A DNA stretch of 63,471 bases, counting the filler, from Folioceros fuciformis (taxonomy: Eukaryota), in assembly GCA_049999805.1 (NCBI GenBank). It is 10 parts of 10 records of this genome, joined end to end, with 100 filler letters (N's around TTAATTAATTAA, not from the genome) between each part and the next. Parts side by side here need not be neighbours in the genome. Positions count along the whole stretch, not along the records: positions 31,723 to 35,627 come from JBNGIO010005136.1; positions 35,728 to 48,247 come from JBNGIO010005138.1; 8 more parts are not named here. One strand, 5' to 3'. Under the pieces are notes generated by a model, which saw only the letters and a list, made by a program, of their open reading frames with translations, was not told where the DNA came from and did no database searches. Positions within the stretch are counted from its first letter, which is position 1; every line of letters begins with the position of its first letter. Both the position numbers and the translations under genes were made by a program. Shown here in pieces: positions 35,132-48,247 of the stretch.

Positions 35132-38100
35132 GCTAAGGTTCTGACAGTTCTCCCTCCGAGAGATCTTGGACCATCCTTGCTGCACGCCACCAACTGTACA
35201 CCCGCAAGCCAAATGCGCGCCTCAACGCCGCTCTACCAGCAGCGCCCAGAGCTCCCTGGAAGGTATGCTCTGGAATGAATCTTCCTATTTGTTCCAAGAT
35301 CGACGTACTTGAATTTTAACAACTTTCTTGCGCAATTTCAGGCATTTGCGTCTCTCCTGCGCCTTCGCACGACTGGCTGTCTAGGCGACCAGCTTGTAGA
35401 CCAGCGGCTCGAGCTCTGGTCCCACAAACTTCGCAAGGTAGAGCAACCAGCCACACTTGGCAGCAGGGGAATCCATCTTACTTCGGTTGTTTGTGCAGGG
35501 TGTTGAAACAATCTATTTGCATTCTGTCCTCCAGAGATTTGTGCTACTTGATAGAAAGCGGTTAGATTGTTTCAACGCCTGAACCAGGCTCTGATACCAT
35601 GTCGTTTATGAACAGCAAGTAGATTGTNNNNNNNNNNNNNNNNNNNNNNNNNNNNNNNNNNNNNNNNNNNNTTAATTAATTAANNNNNNNNNNNNNNNNN
35701 NNNNNNNNNNNNNNNNNNNNNNNNNNNGGGCTGGCACATATAAATTTCTTCTTGCAAAGAACCATTAAGAAAAGTTGTTTTAACATCTAGCTGATGAACT
35801 AAGAGGCCATAATGAGCAGATAAAGCCAGCAAAATCCTTATCGAAGTAGACTTTACAACTTGAGAAAAAGTCTCATTGTAATCAAGTCCTACTACCTGGC
35901 TGTATCCTTTCGCAACTAGCCTTGCTTTATAGCGACCTATGCTGCCATTAGTATTAAGCTTTTTCTTAAATACCCATTTACAAGCAATTGGCTTACGACC
36001 TTTAGGCAAAACCACTAACTTCCAAGTTTGGTTTGCTATGAGAGAATCGTATTCAGACTTAATGGCCTTTTCCATTTCCCAGCCTCAGGGCCTGTAATTG
36101 CTTCTTGATAAGTAGCGGGTTCAGAAATATCAAAATTTTGATCTGAAACTAGACTAGCTACAAAAGGTGGTTCAGACCATTCACTACGAGGTGGTCTATG
36201 GCGGCTAGATCTACGCAAAACTGGTTCAGGTGTAGGCTCAATTGGATCAAGTGTGGGCTCAGGATTAGACGAAAAAGGGTCAGTATCAAAAGAAACAACA
36301 ACAGGATCAACTTCCAAGGATTCATCAAAGGAGGGAACTGCAAAAGACTCATCTATTTGAGAAGAAACAGGTGCTGGAAAAGTACTAGGAAGATGAGCTT
36401 GTGCATTTGAACTAGATGTTGTAGCCCCCCCTGAAGCCGAGGAAGGTGAATCCGAAACATCATCAATATCAAAAATAGAAACATCAACATCAGCATCAGT
36501 ATTGTAATCAGCCAAATCATCCACGCCATTAATAGAAACAGTAGCATCAAAAGAAGTAGGATCCAAAGCAGCATCATGACGTCGGAGAAGAGCATTCTCA
36601 TGAAAAACAACACTCCGAGAAATGGAAACTTGCCGAGTACTTGGATCAAAAAGCTTATATCCTTTTACCTCGTCCGAATAGCCAATGAAAATGCGGCGAA
36701 CAGCTTTAGGATCAAGCTTACTCCGAAGTGCAGAAGGGATCAAGGCATATGCTGGTGCTCCAAAAATGCGTAGATGGGTGATCCTAGGCTTCTTCCCAGT
36801 CCAGCGCTCATAAGGGGTAACCAAACCAAGCTCCTTCGTAGGCAACCTGTTCTGCACATAATTAGCTGCCATAAGGGCTTCAGCCCAATATCCCCTAGTG
36901 AGGCCTGCAAATGCTAAGCTGGAAAGAGTAGCCTCTTGAAGGGTCCTGTTCTTGCGTTCGGCGAATGCATTCTGAGCTGGAGTATAAGGAACTGTAAATT
37001 GATGAAGAACTCCCTCTCCAGCACAAAATTCGGTGAAGGCATTACTTGTATACTCGCCTCCATTGTCAGTCCTGAGAATCTTTAGCTGATGACCTGTCTG
37101 ACGCTGAGCAGAAGCTAAATACGTTTGAAAACATGATAGGGCTTCACTCTTATGGGCAAGAACAAAAACTGTAGAATAGCGGCTCCATTCATCAATGAAA
37201 GTGATGAAATAAGATGCTCCACCAAAGGACATGGTCGACATGGGGCCACATATGTCACTATGGACAGTGTGAAGAAGACAAGGTGCTCTTGACAAGTTTT
37301 GGTCTTTGAAAGGTTGTGAAATTGCCTTGCTCAATTGACAGGAGTCACAAAAGGCTCTATTATCAAAAGAGAAAGACAAAGGATCTCTAAAAACGGAGTT
37401 ATTGACTAAAGTGAAAAGCCTATTAAAATTCACATGCCCTAATCGGCAATGCCAAAGTTGAGTAGGAGAGAGACCAGAAGCTTGGGTAACGTTAGCAGTA
37501 GCATGTGGACTATACAAGGTTCTCACATTCAAAAGATACAAATCATGGAAAGGTGTCCCTGTGAAAAGGTCAGTTCCAATGTTGTTGCCAATAACTGAAC
37601 AACCTGTATTGTCAAAACAAACTCTACAAGAGTGCTCCTCCGTGAGCTTCATAACTGACATGAGATTCTTGGTCATGGATGGGACAAACAACACATCTGA
37701 GATTGTAAGAGAGGAACTACTAGGAAGCTGTATCTTTACTGATCCTATACCCTTAATGGATAAACCACTGTCATCACCCAAAAGAACAAACTGGTGATGA
37801 GCTGGGTTAGCATCAAAAGCAGTGAAAGCATTCCTATCAAAACAAATGTGGCTAGTTGCCCCAGAGTCGAGGAACCACATGTCATTCTGGATCTGGATAG
37901 AAGATAAGCAAACTGCTAAGATGGCGGGTGGTTTGGGCAGACCTTTGGACGTGGCTACATTAGAAGCTGGAACGGAACTTGAACTTTCCTTCCGGGGCTC
38001 ACCAGCCCTTTTCTTCCTACAGTCCTTCTCAAAATGACCTGGTATCTTGCACCAATTGCAAGTAAAAGTATGCCGTTGAAGGTTGGGCTGTCGAGAGGTT

Positions 38101-38875
38101 GACGCTCCTCCTCGTACTGAGCCCCCACGTCCTCTGCCACGATTGCCTCCGCGTCCTCTAGAAGCAAACAAAACTCTGCTACCTTGTTGCATAGTAGGCT
38201 TGGACTTGTGAAGGCTCCTACGGCGTTCTTCAGCAATCAAAGCTCCAAATATCTGCTCCAACGTCACATTGGCGCCAGGTCCAGCTGCTTGAAGAGTTGC
38301 ATTCTGAGAACTGATAAACTGAGAATAACTATCAGGCAGGGATGCTAGAAAGGAAACAGCAGCTTGAAACTCAGTGAAGGTAGTCCCGCAATATGCAAGA
38401 GTCGCACGAGCTGTGCGAAATTTATTGATATAAGACTCAACAGTCTCATTATCCTTCATGCGAATATTGAAAAAATCCCGATGCGCTAAAACAAGGGAAA
38501 CAGAACTCTTATCTCTATAGATGAGTTTGAAGTTGTTCCAAACTGCTGCTGAAGTGTCAGCATCCATAGTGTGCGGCATCATGTTCCTGTCAAGGGATGC
38601 CAAAAGGATGGATCGGGCTCGCCTGTCCTTCCTTTGCCATGCAAGAATATCAGCAGCATTTGCATTGTTGGCATGTGTTGCTGGTTTTGGTTCTGTCCCG
38701 TCCACAACGGACATGAGCTCATGCTCCTCCAAAATCTGGGTCAGCCTCATCGCCCAGATGTGGTAATCATTACCATTAAAGCGATCCCTATCCTTGAATT
38801 CAATCTTCAAGGAACCTGGAGTGATCGCCATAGCTTGTGCAAAATTTGCAGCTTGACCAGTAGAAACTCCAACTC

Positions 38876-38982
38876 CAGCAGCAGGGTTGCCTGCTGTACC
38901 TGCAAGGGTGCTTGCGGAACCAGCAGGGTTGCCTGCTGTACCTGCAAGGGTGCTTGCGGAACCAGCAGGGTTGCCTGCTGTA
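38876..38982. repeat. 42-bp in-frame tandem repeat in the Gag N-terminus (TAGNPAGSASTLAG x2.5)
   Basis: cagcagggttgcctgctgtacctgcaagggtgcttgcggaac is repeated perfectly. Confidence 0.9.
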
Positions 38983-39219
38983 GGAGAAGGAACACTACCT
39001 AAGCCTGGCCTAGGCTGTGTGGGATTGCCCCAAAAATTTCTCAAATAGTCAAAAGAGGGAGATGTGCCTTGCTGTTCATCAATACCAGTTGTGGGATTGA
39101 CAACAGGTGAAGTAGGTTCCTCTTGCAACTCCAATCTACCAAGGTCCACATCTTCGCCTTCATTAAATTCGCCAGACGCTGATGAGGGCGAACCTGGCTG
39201 CATGTCCAATATTCAAATA

Positions 39220-39654
39220 TTAAGAGCGGGGCGCACGTGGGCGTCCCGGTGAAAATAACCTAGCCTCATGCACACGCTTCTCCTCTTCAGTTGGAGTAGA
39301 CAGCAAAAATAATTGTTGAATTCCAGTTAGAATAATAGAGAGAAAATCTTGTAAATTATGGATCTGATGAGATGCTTCCCTCAAATCAGCTTCAAGTTGT
39401 CGTTGTAGAAAACTACGAGAAAATAATGAAGGTGAATGATGAACAGGGCCTCGATTGGAAATACGTCTAATAAAACGTTGTGGTTGGCTGCTCATAAAAT
39501 GTTGTTGAAAGGTTCTTTCACAAGACGCCTTCAACTTGCAATCTAAACAAAAGAAGCCACGATCTGATCTGGGTGGCGGTGATGGTGGTGAGGCTTGAGG
39601 GTGAACTCTCCTCCACTGCGCACAAGAAGATGTCCTGCGCTTAGGCATCTTCAT
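39220..39654 (-). CDS. Extra ORF upstream of Copia B gag (144 aa), unknown function
   Basis: ATG-initiated ORF ending ~16 nt before the gag ATG (39203). It has a C-x2-C...C...H cluster and a C-terminal heptad segment ending GIQQLFLLSTP. Confidence 0.45.
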   Translation of the reverse strand: MKMPKRRTSSCAQWRRVHPQASPPSPPPRSDRGFFCLDCKLKASCERTFQQHFMSSQPQRFIRRISNRGPVHHSPSLFSRSFLQRQLEADLREASHQIHNLQDFLSIILTGIQQLFLLSTPTEEEKRVHEARLFSPGRPRAPRS

Positions 39655-41799
39655 CCGCGTCTCAGCATCATCAATTATAGCAACATTGACAACTTGCTGT
39701 GTCTTTCACACGCCGCAGGCCATGGCTCCAAGCAATCGTGATGAAGCACGAAAATCGAAGGCACTCCTGCCCAGCATGTGACACCGGCCGCGAGGCGCAT
39801 CCATCCACCGCCCGGCTACAAAACCTGGTTGTAAACACTCCGAAGTGGTGAAAATCAAAACTGGTCATGGCCGCAGTGGTGCCGACAGCGCCGCGATGGG
39901 GCTGCCTTCTGCTCCCCTGCGCGGCTCCAAATCAGCGTTATAATGTCCTGAATCCTCAGACCGTGAGCGCCTCAGAATTTGCAATCGATCTCAAACATCT
40001 ATGACGCTCCTGCCAAGAACTTCACACCGGGCCACGAAACGCCGCAATCCGTGTACCCTGCCAAACCAAAAAACTGCATCGCGGCAATAGGTTTGCTGGA
40101 AATCTGGATCAGGGTATGGCGCGCTTTGGTGCTGCGATCTCCATCCCTGCACGTGGAAAACATCTGGCATCTGATCGGGTGATCGGGTTATGTTAGCATC
40201 ACTGCCGCGATAGGGCTTGGAAGGCACAGGCGTGCAGATATCAGGCTGGCTTCTTCACCATCGTCTATCCACAGAAATCTTCACATCCAAAGAGCCTGTG
40301 GGTGCTCCCGACTTCAAACTGAACCTCAGAGAGCGCCAACCGGATTGCATGCTAGGCGTCCCTGGTGGACGATTTGATTCAGGGCGCGTGCGGCCATGGG
40401 GCTGTCATCTGCTCCCACTGCCCGGCTTCAAATTGCCATGTGAATCCCTCTTTTGTTGTACGCGCTTCAGGCCGCAGCATGCCGATGGGAAATCACAAGA
40501 CGAAATGCTGAGATCGCACGCTGCGGACTGGAATTATCGTTGCAGGCTGCCGTCTCTATCCCCTGCACAGTTTCGGGTTGTGCCTTCAGGCCGAGGCAGC
40601 CATCTACCTCCTCGCGATTCTCCACACTTCATAAAATTAATAAAATAGGCATGAAAGCCATGTTTCTAATCACAATTTCAAATCGGGCAAGTGAGTCAAA
40701 TCGATTGCCATGGCTCTGATACCATTTCGCGTTGTGTGGATTGTGGGAGAGAGAGCACGGGAGCGAGAGCGCACGAGGCACGAAGGGCAAAGGTAGTTAT
40801 CGTTATATCAAAAAAAGAATAAAAAAGAGTATATATGAGTATTTTAAAAGAGTAGTTTTAACTGATTATGAAACTACTAACCTAAACTAACATAATTTCC
40901 TTTACGTCTTGCCACCCGCCAGGTCCAACGCTGACCTAACAAGTTTAGGGTTTCTAACCTTCCAGGCCTCATAGCAACCGCATTACAAGTTGGTTGTTGT
41001 TGATTCTTGTACCAAACTGTTCATCTCAACAAGGCAAGTCAAATAGTATGCTTTTTGTGCAATTTGGAGCTCTTTTTAAGGACTGATTGCACCTGGAAGT
41101 TTCAGACAACCACTAAGGTTCTGCTCCTGCTGCACTTGCTTTGATTTTCAATCTGGCATCGCGTGTGAGCGAGGTCGTGTGCTGCAATCTCCATATGTGA
41201 GCTGGAGTTTTGCTGTGCTGTGTTCCTAAATCCTAGGGTAGACATAAAGAATTGTAGGTGCTGCAGCATGATCAGATCTAGAGTAGTTGTGCTTTTCTGT
41301 TTTGTGTTGGGAAGGCATCTAGGGTTCTCTAACAGGTGTGCTTGCATGCCACCTCTTGTTGGTGATTGGGCGTTTTGTGAGTGAATTGCCGCATGGGTTA
41401 TGCAACCCGAGGAGGCTAAGGGGAGCCCACGGTATCGTCGGAGATCTAGAGATGTCCTCGCCAGGGTTACACCTGTGCAAGGACGAGGAAGGAAGAGGAG
41501 AGCTGTGCATCCATCTTGGGAGGAGGAAGGTCAAGTAAACCAAGTTAAACCGGGTGTTGAAGATCAACAGTAGGCTAGAAGCTGGTCTCCTTTTGCAAAC
41601 TGGGCAGCCCCAGTTGTTCCAACAGCACCTGTGGGAAGTTAGGGTGGGGTGCTTAGTTGTCCTACTATTACTACTGCTGGAGAAGGAGCTCAAGGTCAAA
41701 CAAACCTCTCTAAGGAGTCAGATACTGGATCCATGGAGGGAGGAGCACCCTACAAGCAGGAGAGGTTTTCTAGCAGACCTGGGATGCAAACATTGTGAG

Positions 41800-44700
41800 A
41801 CTTCAGGCTGCACATCAATGCTATAATTAGTCGGGTAAAATTCAAGCATGGCATTGTGTACAACCATCAATATATGTTTGAGCAATTGTCAAACTACCTG
41901 GTAGATGACGCATTGGACCTCTATGAGCTGCATTAGGCAGAGCTTAGTTCAATTGTGGCCACACCCAATCCAATTTATCATAGCACGCTTCATATGGCCT
42001 ATAATGCCAAGTTGGCAGTGAAAGTTACAGCCCATTAGGCGACTATTGCTACAAGCATGATTCCTCCTACTATTTAGCCGCCATCAGTCACCTACCTCAC
42101 TCCAGCTGAGAGGGTGATGGCCACGCAGGGGATGGATGAGTACATTCACACCCCCAAGCATACCAACCCTATGCAGGATTTCCTAGACATAATGGAGAAG
42201 GCATTCCCGCTAAAGACCCCGGAGAAAATTGCAGAACATGCTGCTTTTGCTCGCAAGAAGGGGGAGACAGTCCAGATGTGTTTCAAAAGGCTTCAAAATC
42301 TGAGGGAAGGAATAGGAATGCTGACCAATCAAGAAGTAGCAAAGAAGTTTCTAACAGCCTTGGAGGGAGACCTATTGTTTCACTTTCAGCTCATCACAAC
42401 ATTGGTGGACAAGTATACCTTGGAGCAAGTGCACAAGGAGGCTGAGCGCAGGGAGATTGCTTTTTCAGCGTATGCCTCACGCCACTCTAAAGCATTTACC
42501 CATTACCAATCCATGTTCTCTACAAAGGGATTAGCTACAACTGGGTCTGGAGCCAAGCCATCGAAGGCCAAGCCTGTGAAGGCAGGAGAAGCTCTAGCCA
42601 CAGTTGCCTCTTTGTGCAACTACTGTCGCGGTCCTGAACATGTGAGTCCAGCTTGCAAATGCCCCTTGGAGGGCTTATACTATACACATTGCAAGAAGAA
42701 CAGGCATGTAGTTATAGTATGTTTTTAGAAGAACTTGGAGAGGCGGTATATGAAAAATGCGGGTAATGGGACAGGAACTACAGCAATCAAGGTAGGGGGT
42801 ACCGCTGTTACAGAAGCTGGTGCCAGTGCAGGGGTTTCACGCAGTTGACAGCAGAGGGACAAGGCCAAAGCTAAGGTTGCATTTAATGCAGATAAGGTGA
42901 CTTCATTGGAAGCCATTGTTGCAGCATTGTCTTCGCTGTTGGGTGCTCTTACAGCTAGTCTCAGCAGTGGAGCAAACTCACCCAAGCCGGCCAGTGTTGT
43001 TGAATTGGTCAAAGATGAGGGGGAGGAATACGGCTCACCACATCAGGCTTGCGTTGTCAATTGAATGGAGGTTGAGGTCATGGCAGTTGCAAAGCTTCCA
43101 CGTATTTGGGTAGGACAAAAATTGTCCACCCCAGTGCTGAAGATAGCAGTGGGACCAGTCACTTGGCAGCAAGGTGCCAAGGCAATCATGCCCCAATCGT
43201 TTGCACCATTGTCACCAAGGAGTGCCATTCCAGTCCAAGGGCAGGAGCACTCCACCTTGGTGGGAGGGCCATAGCCAGTGGACAGGCCTTCACTGCAGCC
43301 ACAGGTGGCAGCTAGACGTCCAATCTACTTGATGCCCAAGGCTTTCACTACGGAACAGCTATTCGGGAGATTAGTGGGCATTCCGCTGTTCTCATTGCAA
43401 GATGTAGGGCTTGGACCTGAGCATCTGCCCAAGGCATTGCAGCCGATGCCAGCAGCTACATTGTCTACAGCACTGTCTCATTGGCCACTAGCTCAGGAAG
43501 AGTGGGTGGTGCCTGGTAGCACCTCACATTGCACCAGGAGAACAGTACCAGCAGACGTGCTTGATGCAGTAGCACCTGGAGGACAACGTGCTCAACCAAT
43601 GAGCTCTTCAAGGATTCAGCCCACTAACCGCTTGGCAGTCAAAGTCGGCAATGCAATTGTTGACAATGATGCAGGGCACATCATGGTGAATGGGTATGCT
43701 CCGAGAGTGGTACTACTGGACATTGGTGCCAACCAGTGATTATTGGCAAAGCCTTACCAGCAAGGCTCAAGCTCAGTGGGTCAGCGCTCAAGAGCTCTCC
43801 TTGGAACATAAGGACGGCATCAGGAACCATCGAACCAATCTCGGGAGAGACTGTCCACCCTGTGGACATCACGCTCAAGCCTAGCACTCCAGATGCCATG
43901 ACACTAAGCTTTCCATGCTTGATGACAACAGCCATGAATTATGACGTGTTGTTGGGTCAAGAATTTCTATTTCCACTAGGCCTGAGTGTGGACAACTAGA
44001 CGGAGCAAGCGTACTATCGGCCAAACTCAAAGCAAGGTGGAAGGAGGGTAGCACACTTATCCTTACGGTTGTATGGCATGGCAAAGTCTAACACAGCCAC
44101 ACTTGTGGAACAGCAAGCATGTTCAGCAGGCCTGGACAACAGAGCAATTTTGTTGTCCAGCGACCATATGCATGATGACAATCACCTGGAGTCTGAGTAG
44201 GAGGAGCAGCACTATGACAACTATTCTAGCGACACCACAGTCACTTGCAGGATGGCAGATTTGGTCAAGGCTACCGATCACCCTACACAGGTTGAGAGCG
44301 TGCTGAAGGATGCCCATGAGCATGTTCAGCAGGTGCAAGCTATGTTGCAGTGGGGGCTCAAGGATCCCACATAGGAGCATGTTGTTAGTGCTCGAGTGAT
44401 TGCCTGGCCCATCTCAGTGCAAGACTTTTTCTGGTCGAGCTTTTTGGAGGTATTTGCACTAGCCTGGAGGCCTTGCTCAAAGCAGGCCTCCCTATTCGGC
44501 ATTCTGTATACTGCGATAGTAGTGGGGAAGCACAGTAGATGGCTGCTCATCGTTTACAGGAGCTCTGTAGCAGGTTTCCCACACAACTGCCAGAGTTAGC
44601 ATTGGCTGCCACATTTGCAGCATTGCCTCCAAATATCATGTACATCCAATAAGGCCATATCCAAGCTTTGGGACCCATTGACGTGTTGATTGCTGGTTGG

Positions 44701-47700
44701 GAATGCCAAGGGTTCTCACAAGCAGGAGTGGGAGCTGGGTTGGAGGACCAACGCACTAGGTTGTTCCGAGACTTGCACCAAATCTTGGCATGGGTGCAGC
44801 AGGAGAACCCACGGTGTGGCTCCCGTCTCGAGAACACTCCAGCGCAGCTTGACAAAAGGGACTCTACCCGTGAGGACATGGCTGTTGTGCAGTACCATAT
44901 TGGTGTTCCCTTTCGTATGGATGCCATCCAAGTGGGCAGCTATGCGCAGAGGCTACGCAACTACTGGACCAACCTCATCCCTGGTTCAGTCTTGGAGCTT
45001 GCTCTTCGCAACACGAAGCGGGATCTCACTTTGCAGCTACCAGATGTATTGGACGCAGACCATGAGCCTAGACCCGTGCTTGCCACTGAGCGACCACCCT
45101 GGCATCCCACCAATACACCTGGTCAGCCTCGCAAGACCTTACCCACCTTGGTGAGCTTTCCAGGCTCCTTTGCTTATCACGGCAGCGGCGTTGGACTGCT
45201 GTACAACACCAGTACCAAGCAATGGGAAGAGCCCCACATTGAGGAGCGTGAGTAGATCATGGGCTTTCCAGCTCATGCCACTGCAGCACCCAAGGTCACA
45301 GTCTCACAACGTTGTGCTGCTGTTGGTCGAGCTATGGACCTGCATGCGGTCACCTGGCTTGTGAGCCTATGTTTGGCATTTCAACTGCTGATTAGAGGCA
45401 CTGTCGCTAGTTTTGTTGCTACGATTTGTCTAGTAGATGTCGTGCACCTATCGTTCCCTGGCTTAACTTGCCTACCTTTCAGGCTTGATGCAAGAGGAGG
45501 GGGGGGAGTATGCTGCTTGGCACCATTCTGCTTTTTCTGCCTCAACCTTCAAGGTAGGTTTGAGCTAAAAGTCATCAGCCAAAATGCCACTTACTGCTGG
45601 AACATTCAACTGGCGCATGGGGCCACAACTTATAGATGAGTAGCAGAGGTAGATCCGAGCGTTGATCTTCAAGTACAGCGACTGGTTTGCATTCTCCATG
45701 AAGGAGTTGAAGCGGTGCAACGTCACAACCTTCAAGATCAACCTTACCAGCTTAGAACCCATGTATTGCAAGAGGTATCGGTTAAGTCAATTTGAGTGGG
45801 AGATGGTGGACGCCACGTACAAGGAGCTTTTTGAGGCAGGGCTGATCAGACCTTCTATCTCTAATTACGCTACCGCGACTATCATGCCACCCAAGAAGGA
45901 CAGCCAGGGCTTATGGGTAGAAAAGAGGATGTGTGGTGACTACCGACCTATCAACGTTGTGACAGCTCAGGACAGATATCCTATGCCCACCCCGAAGGAC
46001 ATATTTGACAGCATTGGCAGGTCTGCCTACTTTCCATACCGATCCTCAGGCAAGGGTTCAATCAAGTGCCGGTTGCACCAGAGGACGTCAAGAAGACGGC
46101 CTTTCACGAATCATAGCAGCTGTGGGAATGGCTGGTGTTGCTGTTTGGCTTGAGGAATGCACCGGTCACGTTCTAGAGAGTGATGGACATAGTGCTAGCT
46201 AGTTCGGCAAACCTATTATGCTACATAGATGATGTCCTTGTGCATAGTGTGGATTTTGAATCCCACTTGGATCACTTAGAGGACTTGTTCCAGCGGTTGG
46301 GGAAGGCCCAACTTACATGCCATCCAGCCAAATGCGAATTTGGCATGGATACCGTGGCTTATCTAGGGCATAGGGTGGTTCCTAATGGTGTCATGCCGCA
46401 CCCAGCAAAGGTGCAGGCCATATTATAGGTCAAGGAACCCACCAATGTGTCTATCTTGCGAGCATTCCTTGGCTTATGCAACTACTTTTGGATATACATC
46501 CAAAACTTCAGTCGCATTGCTAGGCCACTTAATGACCTGCTTAGAAAGGATGTGGTCTGGACTTGGACTGAGGGAACACAGGAGGTGTTTGACACTCTGA
46601 AGGCTAGGTTGACTTCTGCACCCGTGATGACTAGCCTGATTTGAAGAAGCCGTTCGTTGTACACACAAACTGGAGCAGCTTGGGCCTAGGGGTAGTATTA
46701 GCTCAGCATGATGAAGACGGGAAGGAGAGGGTGATAGCTTATGCATCTCTCAGCAACAACAAGGCGGGGGCTAATTACAGCAGCTATGAGGGTGAGTGCC
46801 TCGCTGTTGTTTGGGCAGTTTGCCATTTTCGGCCTTACCTTTATGGCCAAACATTTACGCTAGTAACAGATCACCACCCTCTCGAGTAGCTCATGGCCAA
46901 CACGAAGTTAAGTGGCAAGCTGGCTCGCTAGGCCATGATCCTCCGGGATAACAATTTTCAGGTGGTCCACAGGCCAAGTCTGACGCATCAGAATGCAGAC
47001 TCTCTGTCTAGGAATCTAGACAGCAGCTGTCAAGGCATGACTAAAGCAAGGTAGGACTATGAGCCTTATGTGCCATTTCCAGTCCCTGCCCTGGTGGCCA
47101 GGGTATGTGTAGGCAGTAGTAGCACGGCTGCACCTACTTGATTGGCAAAGGACATATGGGAGGATCCCCACACTGCAATACCTGCAAACTGGATAGCTGA
47201 ATGAAGCACTGCCACCAGCAACAGCTAAGCAGGTCAAGCATCGTGTTGCCACATATTACTGGCGAGATGGCTATGTAATGAGAAAGCTGGTACATGGAGT
47301 GGAGCGCTTGGTGCCACCACCAGCTGATAGAGATATGTTGATTAGCAAAGTGCACAAGGACATGGGCCACTTCCGAGTCAAGCGCATGGGTTGAGGCTAT
47401 CACGCTGCTGGATAAAACATCCAGAAGCACCTCCCAAGCTTTCTTGCAGAATGTGCTCAATCATTTCGGTAGCTGTGCCGAATGCTTGACCACCCAGGAG
47501 TCGAAATTTCGAGGTGAATTCCAGGACTTGCTGGATGCGGCCCTGATCGACCACCGCAGGACAAGCCGAGACCACCCCTCGGCAGATGGTCTCGTTGACT
47601 GGATGGTCCAAACCATCAAGAAGGGCTTGAGGAAGCTCTATCTGCAGATGCCCAAGATGAAGTGGGACTTGGCTTTGCCATATATCGTCATGAGGTACAG

Positions 47701-48247
47701 GATGAGTAAGCATGCTTCCTTAGTACACTTCTCACCATACTTCCTGCTCTTCGGTCGTGAGCCCCTGCCACCCAGCACTATTGCTAAACAGCTGTAGCAA
47801 GTGGTGGATTTGGATAGTCTAGCTGTATGGGCTAAGGTCGTTGGAGAGAGGGCTGCCTTGTTCAAACAGGTAATGCCTATGACTATGGCAAATCTACACA
47901 TAGCACAGCACATGGACACTCTTAGGTATGCCTACACAAAGAGTGGGAGTTTTAGGGCGAAGCTTAAGAAGTTTCAATTTGGAGATTTTGTGTATCTGCA
48001 ACGGCAGACTGGTGACACACTGGACACCAGCACCAGTTGCCATGTGTGAAGAATCGGGAGGTCAGGCCTAACTGCTGCTGTAGGGGGCTGATGGGAGAAC
48101 CATTACAACTCACACCAAAAACTATGCTCCCTACCACCTTCCTAACTTGGATCCCACAATCGTAACAATTAATTGGGTACCTCCTGATGAGAATCAATAG
48201 CTCTCAGATAGGAAAGAAAACAACGGAATCAATTAATGAGTAAAGTA
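41800..48247 (+). mobile_element. Degenerate Ty3/Gypsy retrotransposon: gag - protease - C5 DNA methyltransferase - RT - RNase H - integrase
   Basis: Gag with CNYCRGPEHVSPAC (42114..42728); protease VVLLDIGA (~43710) and YDVLLGQEFL; RT KRMCGDYRPIN and CYIDDVLV (45662-46428); RNase H GLGVVLAQ...[16 protein letters not shown]...TDHHPL (46641..46889); integrase HPSADGLV and FSPYFLLFGREP (47444..47797). Many stops and frameshifts; integrase appears to carry an internal deletion near 47385. Confidence 0.92.
44401..45375 (+). pseudogene. Cytosine-5 DNA methyltransferase domain (DNMT3-like motifs) embedded in the Gypsy pol
   Basis: One reading frame carries motif I LVELFGGIC (44431), motif IV IDVLIAGWECQGFSQAG (Cys at 44704), RTRLFRDL, motif VI LEN, motif VIII AQRLRNYWTNL, TLPTL, motif IX EERE*IMGFP and motif X QRCAAVGRAMD. 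In-frame stops at 44536, 44650 and 45253. Confidence 0.9.

Larger units (their letters stand above)
31723..35627 (-). mobile_element. Ty1/Copia element A: internally deleted, with PBS, extra 5' ORF, Gag-RT-RNase H ORF, PPT and partial LTRs
   Basis: PBS TGGTATCAGAGC (tRNA-iMet) at 35588-35599 on minus. PPT CAAGTGGGGG at 31797-31806, followed by the TGTTGG LTR start at 31796. Confidence 0.92.
35728..40941 (-). mobile_element. Ty1/Copia element B: 5' LTR (~40727-40941), PBS, extra 5' ORF, gag-pol; truncated in RT by the contig end
   Basis: PBS at 40713-40724 on minus, and the LTR starts TGTTAG at 40941. ORF 36036..39209 has Gag, a CNWCKIPGHFEKDC knuckle, protease WFLDSGATSH, GAG-pre-integrase WHCRLGH and integrase (HSDICGP, LRTDNGGEY, AERKNRTL). 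A frameshift near 36075 leads to RT (RYKARLVAKGYSQ). Confidence 0.93.

Noticed and set aside
44401-45375. A host DNMT3/DRM gene or a bacterial restriction-modification methylase
   Set aside because: It has no introns, PWWP or UBA domains, no DRM-type motif permutation and no partner nuclease. It is collinear with Gypsy pol and decayed like it.
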